Shown one piece after another: positions 58,253 to 64,000 of a stretch of DNA of 64,000 bases (within the stretch, counting starts at the first letter, position 1; every line of letters begins with the position of its first letter). The translations under genes and the position numbers were made by a program. The stretch is taken from positions 1,860,001 to 1,924,000 of the forward strand of contig OZ361258.1 of NCBI GenBank assembly GCA_977018835.1, written 5' to 3'. This DNA is from Minutocellus sp. GHC0000111. Its lineage: Eukaryota. Under the pieces are notes generated by a model that worked only from the letters and a program-made list of their open reading frames with translations, had not been told where the DNA came from and searched no databases.

Positions 58253-59577
58253 ATGGGGCAAACCATCAGCATGGAACACAACAACGACGGTGCCGACTGG
58301 GGTACTAGCAACCTCGAGGTGGTGATCGAGGGGCAGGCGTGCAATCCTCAGCGACCACACACGGGCCCGTTCCCCCACGACGCGGCCATCCTCAAGGATG
58401 TGGCCACGCTGGAGGAGCTCCAGATCCTAGAAGAATATCTTGCAGTGGCCGGAGAGTGGCTGGTGATGAAGTCACAGGCCGACTGCAAGCGGCTTCACTT
58501 GCCCGTCCCCGAGATGGACTGGACAAAGGCAGAACCAGATGAGGGTGACGTGTGCAATGACGACGATGACGATGAGGATGACGATGGTTGTGACGGCAAA
58601 GATGATGGCGGAGCCAAGGCACTCGCCAAGGTTAAGACCCGTGCCAAGAGGGCGCTTCGAAGAATAATGAGAAGGGTATTTGTCATGGCCGGCCTGCCGA
58701 CGGATCTTCTTGGTGATGACGGCGAAGAGTCATCGCCATTGAGGTGGTTTGAGCGATACGTGTTGGAGAGGACTTCTGGCATAAAATCCCTATCCGGTGC
58801 AAAAAATCAAAAGTGGCACAATGACGTCAAAGGCCACGAGCGAGTCATTGAGGAAAAAAGGGCATAATATTGTCTCTTATCCTTCCCATTAACGAGGACA
58901 GAACCCTCGTGTTCAAGACGAACAAGGGCCGAAGTGAGACGATTGTTCCCGTCAAGCGGGGACAGGCCCTGATCTTTAGGTCAGATAGGTGCCACCGGGG
59001 GACCGCCGTTGAGGCAGGGGGTTCGGAGCGGATCGCGATCCACGCATTCCTCAACCCCTGCCCGGGCGAGAAGCTCGGTGTTGACACGCATGGGTGCCCC
59101 GTGTACAGGGAGAGAGTGACCCTGGGAAAACTAAAAGACCCCCAAAAATTTCCACACCGCCGCCGTGGGGGGCACGATGAGGAGAAGGCCAACAAAGACG
59201 AAATAGACCACAACCACAAGTGCCAGCTCTGCCAGGCCACTGGCATGCACGACTTCTCCACCGGCAGGCTTCGCCGGAGAGCGAAGGGTGAGCTGGACCG
59301 GTGCAAGACGTGCAACGTGACGCTCTGCTCGTCTGTTTGCTTCGAATACTTTCACCGGGGTGTTGGCCTGAACGAGACAGCCACTTCCCGCCCCGTCCGA
59401 AAATGTAACGTTGGAAAGCTGCCACCAACGATTGAGGATTACAAAATGGTGAAGTTGGCGGCGATCCGCCAAAAAGAAGAAGAAAAACGTTACAAGAGGA
59501 AGCGGGCTTCAGCAGATCCTCCTCCTCCTGTGCTTGATGACTCTGTGCCTATTTACGGACTACCAGACCCCAAGTAG
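58253..59577 (+). CDS. 2OG-Fe(II) dioxygenase-like domain + piggyBac-type Cys-rich finger, frameshift at ~58858
   Basis: QKWHND (HxD), LSLILPI, GQALIFRSDRCHRG (distal His), ERIAIH (Arg) and CQLC...CKTCNVTLCSSVCFEYFH. Removing one A from the GAAAAAAGGG run joins the two ORFs. Confidence 0.7.
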
Positions 59578-59596
59578 ATTAAAGCAAAATGAGTAG

Positions 59597-59850
59597 TAGG
59601 ATCAGATCCCCATTTTACATATCATTACTCTTTGATTACTCCTTCTCTTCATTACTAGCCAGCCCCTTCATGCTCAATAATATTTTATTTTGCTGCCACA
59701 TATTCGATATCTCCATTTCCATCCTGCTAGTACCCATCGCAAATCTTTTGCCAACTACAGAATTCGTTCCGTACAAACTCACGGACACCCGGGACGTCGT
59801 GAAGCGCTCAGAGAAATCGTTAGAGCTTGAGAAGCTCCCAATCCGATTGA
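59597..59850 (-). pseudogene. Degenerate copy of the 3' end and 3' flank of the CTD phosphatase gene
   Basis: Aligns with 62625-62860 (TAGGATCAGA, CTCTTTGATTACTC, TGCCAACTAC.GAATTC.TTCCG.ACAA.CTCA.GGACA.CCGGGACGTC, GAGCTTGAG.AGCTCCC). Confidence 0.85.
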
Positions 59851-60006
59851 GGCTCTTGTTCTCTTGTTTCGTTTGTAAAATAATCGCTATTCATAGTGTC
59901 ATCTCTCCCTCCTTCACCTAGCCGAAGACGGTCGTTTCGGCAAAAGAAGATAAAGAGATGTTCCATCTTTTGGCATTCTTATCAAGGCATGTGTATAATT
60001 TCAACC

Positions 60007-60933
60007 TCATTCCAGTCCGGCTCCGTACCAAGATAGACGAGACCTGAGGGCCTCCACATTTGGAATCTCTCGATGGCTGAAAGAGAAGCTTCGGTATTGA
60101 TCCCTGACGTGTTCAGGCATAGGCTCGTCCACCAAATTGTCGGTGTAATCGGACCAATGATTGGAGATACCTGCAGAGGGGTCAATGGCACGCATGACCA
60201 AGGCGTCGGACTGCAGTTCCCATCCAAAGTTACTGGTACGGCAAACTCGGAAGGTGGCGAACCTATCAGTGGTAGCACGGGACCTCTCGATGTTGATGAC
60301 ACGACCGCCATCCTGAAGAAACCAGTCAACGACATCTCCCGGATGGCCAACCATGCGGCCGCTGGCAAGAACACCATCGGCCTCGATTCCCTGTTCATTC
60401 GCCGGGGTTGACGTGAAGCAGATCTCGTCCGACTCGGAATAGTGAAGGCCGGACATCATGATGCCTGGACGCGCTACCCAGTCCGAGGGACGAAAGCTGG
60501 GATGCGGATGGAACCACGGACGACAGCTGAATGTCATGCTCATTAGCTCTCCAGGCAATAGGTAACCCCGACCGGCCTTCTCCTCGACAGCCTGGTATTC
60601 TCTGTACCAGTAGTCAGCTGGAATGCCCTCTCTCTTGTCGGCATTTTCGAACATGGCCTCATAACCCCAGATGTTCTTCCACTTGCGCTGTTACAAATGC
60701 TTCCAAAGGGTGTTGTGCCCCATGGCTCCTTGAAACAAGGGGTACTGCTCGGACCACTCTTCGGCCTCAGCTGCATCGGCGGAAAGAAGGCAAAGCATCT
60801 GGGACAGGAGTTCCAATTCCGCAGACACTTCATGCAAGCGGTGCCCGGCAACAATCGACTTACTGTTCATTTTCGTACCCGCCGAACCAACTTCGTGTAT
60901 GTCATGCTTCCGTTTTGAGCCAGACAACGACAT
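60007..60933 (-). pseudogene. F-box-like protein with in-frame TAA at 60691-60693
   Basis: ORFs 60691-60933 and 60007-60654 are in frame: ELLSQMLCLL...NTLWKHL*QRKW. Confidence 0.5.
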
Positions 60934-61320
60934 TGTAGTTAATGAAGATTTAAACTATTGAGTCAAACAAAGGAACCACAGGTATCGCCTTAGTGATCGT
61001 ATCTTCAAACGCGACGGTCACGCAATAAATAAATGAACAAAATTCAGCACATGATGTGCCGAAGATGCAGAAGAAGAAAGTCGAATGCTGAGAAAAAAGC
61101 AGACGGCTTGTTCTTCTCAATCGTTATCGTTCTCGCAATCAATTCAAATTATTATTCATCACACCACCAAACGCCACAGCCAATTCCACCGTCGACGAGC
61201 GTTATCGTTACGTTGGAGAGCGAGAGAATACGACCGCACGGGCAGGTTCCAAGATAAGTATCACAAAACCGTCTTGCTGCGCAGCAAAAACTGAAAAACG
61301 CACACACGCGCGACGGCACC

Positions 61321-62526
61321 ATGGACGCAAACGGCTACGGCAGAAACAGCAATGCCGACGACGATGACGAGGTCCGTGCCCATGCCCTCAAGAAAATACC
61401 CGATTTTGTGCCTCTGCTTGAGCTCATCAAGCATGCACGGGTCGGTGACGACGAGCAGGATGCTGCGCAGCAAGGGAAAGAGGAGCAGAAGGCGTTCGGT
61501 TGCCCTGCTGCCATCAGAAAGTGCCTGCGTGTGGACGCACTGCTGGCCAACATCGGAGTCTTTGTTGCCTCTCCCTTTGCCTGTCGTTTCTACTCGTACG
61601 ACGCGAAGAAGGAACTCGGCCTTGCTTTCGGAGAGGTTGCCGCGCACGCAATGAGGAAGGGCTTCCTCAAGAACAACGCCAGCTTCTTGCGGGAGATGAC
61701 ACACGAGCACGGGCACTCAAAAAAGGATGACCAGACCATCGTCAGAGGTGTCATTAGGGAGTGGATCGAGGAGAGCTCTGACTGGAGGAATCATTGTTCT
61801 TTGGCCCAAATCGACGAGGCCAAGCTCAGCACAGAGGACCCCTACGTCGCCTTCAACAGCCCTGTTGTTGCCATCGAGCTGGGTCTCGGGGAGGTGCTCC
61901 TACACCTAGTGGAGGAGATGGGCGTCAACATCAACGACGGGTGGAAGTCTACGCAGGTTCCCGACAAGTGCTGGGACTACGCAGAGTCGCGCATTCTCTG
62001 GGCTCGGCCGCACAGTCCAAGGAAGCTTCCCCTTCGCTGCGCCTGTGACATGGGTGACTGGGGTGCGTTCTCGTACCTGGTGTCGAAGGAAGCTGAACTG
62101 GGCGTGGATCCGTGGCTTGTATGTCGCCGCAACGGCGCGGACTTTCTCCAGGCTCTGCTCAATCACCCCTCCTTCCCCATTGACTGGGTTGATGAAAAAG
62201 GCAGGACGCTAATGCAGCGGTCGCTTCGGGAGATGGAGAGCAGTCTGCGGTTTGAAGCTGGCGAATCCAGACTTTCTGAAGAATATGATGACGAGGAGTT
62301 TTATCTTGGCACCATTGTAAACCATGGCCAAGGTTACTTCCGTTGGTGCACTGCCGACTTCTTGGAGAAGCTCAGAATTCTCCTCGAGGTTGGAATGGAT
62401 CCAAGTCTTGCGACTGAAATGCACGAGTCCCCTGCCGACTTTGTGAGAGCAAAACTGCCGGCAGGTCGAGATGAAGCCTTTTGGCAAACTGTTGGTCGAG
62501 TTATGGAGGAGGGCCGCCACATGTAG
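61321..62526 (+). CDS. Hypothetical protein with degenerate ankyrin-like repeats
   Basis: 401-aa ORF with SPVVAIELG..EVLLHLVEEMGVNIN, PLRCACDMG, DEKGRTLM and ILLEVGMDPS. Confidence 0.6.
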   Translation: MDANGYGRNSNADDDDEVRAHALKKIPDFVPLLELIKHARVGDDEQDAAQQGKEEQKAFGCPAAIRKCLRVDALLANIGVFVASPFACRFYSYDAKKELGLAFGEVAAHAMRKGFLKNNASFLREMTHEHGHSKKDDQTIVRGVIREWIEESSDWRNHCSLAQIDEAKLSTEDPYVAFNSPVVAIELGLGEVLLHLVEEMGVNINDGWKSTQVPDKCWDYAESRILWARPHSPRKLPLRCACDMGDWGAFSYLVSKEAELGVDPWLVCRRNGADFLQALLNHPSFPIDWVDEKGRTLMQRSLREMESSLRFEAGESRLSEEYDDEEFYLGTIVNHGQGYFRWCTADFLEKLRILLEVGMDPSLATEMHESPADFVRAKLPAGRDEAFWQTVGRVMEEGRHM

Positions 62527-62746
62527 ACCTACATGTGCAAGATGTTTGGGCAGATCCTGTGATTGCAGAAAGTAGCCTTCACATACTAGTAAACATCTAC
62601 TAGCCAGTCGAAAGAACCGGGTTATAGGATCAGAGCACCATTTTATGCTATTGCTCTTTGATTACTCTTTCCCTCCATTACTACGTAGCAAGCCCCTCCA
62701 CATTAATTTACCGGCAGCCCTGCAGCTTTCCATTCCCATTTCCACC

Positions 62747-64000
62747 CTACGCATCCCGAATCTTCTGCCAACTACCGAATTCCTTCCGGACAAGCTCAAG
62801 GACATCCGGGACGTCATGGAGAGTTCTCAGGAACCGCTCGAGCTTGAGCAGCTCCCGATCAGACGGATCATCGAACCAGCTCTCAATGGGGATGCCGTTA
62901 TCGACCTGATACCCAAAGGCATGAGGGCTGTTATCGACCAGGACCATCTTCTTCATATCGCGCTGGCAGACGTTGAGATCCTTGAGGTAGTTGCCCTCCA
63001 CGGCCAGGCAGGCCTCGCGGAACATCCGATGCTTGATGTACTTGCGATCCGGATCAATGCGATCCAGCAGCTCATCGGCATATACCTGCTGACTAGCCGT
63101 AAAGACGATGACCTCGAACTTGCCATGAACTCGCTGGAGGAATTCCTCCAGATACGGACGCTTGCGAACATTGACGCTGTACTCAACGCCATTGAACACG
63201 ACGGGAAATACCATGTCGGCATCGGGGATCGGTTCGACTGTGCAGTGGACCAGAGTCTCGTCGAGGTCCAAAACCAAAGCGATGGGAGGATCAGTCTTGT
63301 CCTTGGGTGGGAGACAAATCTTGTGCTGAGGATAAGGCACCACCAAATGGTACGATGGAAGACTCTTGATGAACAGATAGGGATTGAATTCCTCCTCGTC
63401 GTCTTCCTCGTATTCTTGACTGTCGTCATCAACCTCAATATCCGCACTTTCCTCGGCATCGACCTCTTCCTCGTCGGTACCATTCAGAGTCGCCGAAATC
63501 TTGGCATCCACGTCAACGTCGGTGACGGAAGAGTCGAACGAGTACTCCTGGACGACAGCATCGTGGCCGTTGGGTGAGCTACGATTGTACGTCGTGGTGG
63601 TAGTTGTGGTCGTCTCCTCGTGCATGTGGACGTGGTAGGATTGAGACCTGAAGATAGAAAGATGAACAAGAACAATATGTGAGATCAGTGGCCAACAATG
63701 ATAGAATCCAATAAATAAAACAAAGATATAGGTTGTCAGATAACTCACCCGTCAACGTCCTCCATTGCCACATCGCCATCGGCATCGACACCCTCCTCGG
63801 CGGTGGCATAACCAGACTCGTCATTGGTATCCTCGGCGTCGTCGTTCCTTGCAGCAGCTGCAGGGACCGCATCATTTAGATGGACCAGACCCTCCACCGC
63901 TGCGGCCTCGGCGTCCAGATCAGCACCGACGCCTCCCACGCCTAAGCCGGCACCTTGCGCCTCTTCTTGTTCAACGGCCACATCCGCCGCGTGCTGACCA
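62747..64000 (-). CDS. CTDSPL2: CTD small phosphatase-like 2 (FCP1/NIF HAD phosphatase), 5' end outside window; intron 63648-63748
   Basis: EFNPYLFIKSLP, LVLDLDETLVHC, VRKRP, VFTASQQVYA, GNYLKDL, VDNSPHAF and NGIPIESWFDD. The GG|GTGAG...CAG|G splice is in frame. Confidence 0.92.

Noticed and set aside
1..64000. tRNA, rRNA, telomeric repeats, viral or Polinton core genes
   Set aside because: None recognised by eye; a tRNAscan/Infernal/HMM run would be needed to exclude them fully.

Overview
Eukaryotic nuclear DNA, almost certainly from a diatom. Evidence: GT-AG introns of about 100-220 nt, ASAF-type bipartite plastid presequences, diatom-type ferritin, a diatom-specific CxxC domain, MYND/Sel1 proteins and an Ambal-like LINE fragment. 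The window is gene-dense. Recognisable genes are MAF1 (3'-truncated), a sulfotransferase, an ALMT/FUSC-like transporter, a LURP-like protein, DUF4349, a STAND (AAA_16) ATPase, an Hrq1-like helicase fragment joined to DEP+DUF924, a KEA/KefC K+/H+ antiporter, heme oxygenase, ferritin and a CTDSPL2-like phosphatase. It also holds a TA-inserted TIR element, a ~1.2 kb inverted repeat pair, a diverged ~183-bp tandem array and several diverged internal duplications. Many genes carry homopolymer frameshifts, in-frame stops or abrupt chimeric joins, so this is either an unpolished/chimeric assembly or a real gene-fragment mosaic, and every neighbourhood claim carries that caveat. Best leads: (1) a plastid-presequence homologue of an uncharacterised bacterial protein family (3.7-6.1 kb); (2) a plastid heme oxygenase-ferritin pair inside the long inverted repeats; (3) a 2OG-Fe(II) dioxygenase fused to a piggyBac-type Cys-rich finger; (4) an NLR-like STAND protein with a diatom-specific N-terminal domain. 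All family calls come from motif recognition by eye; no searches were run.
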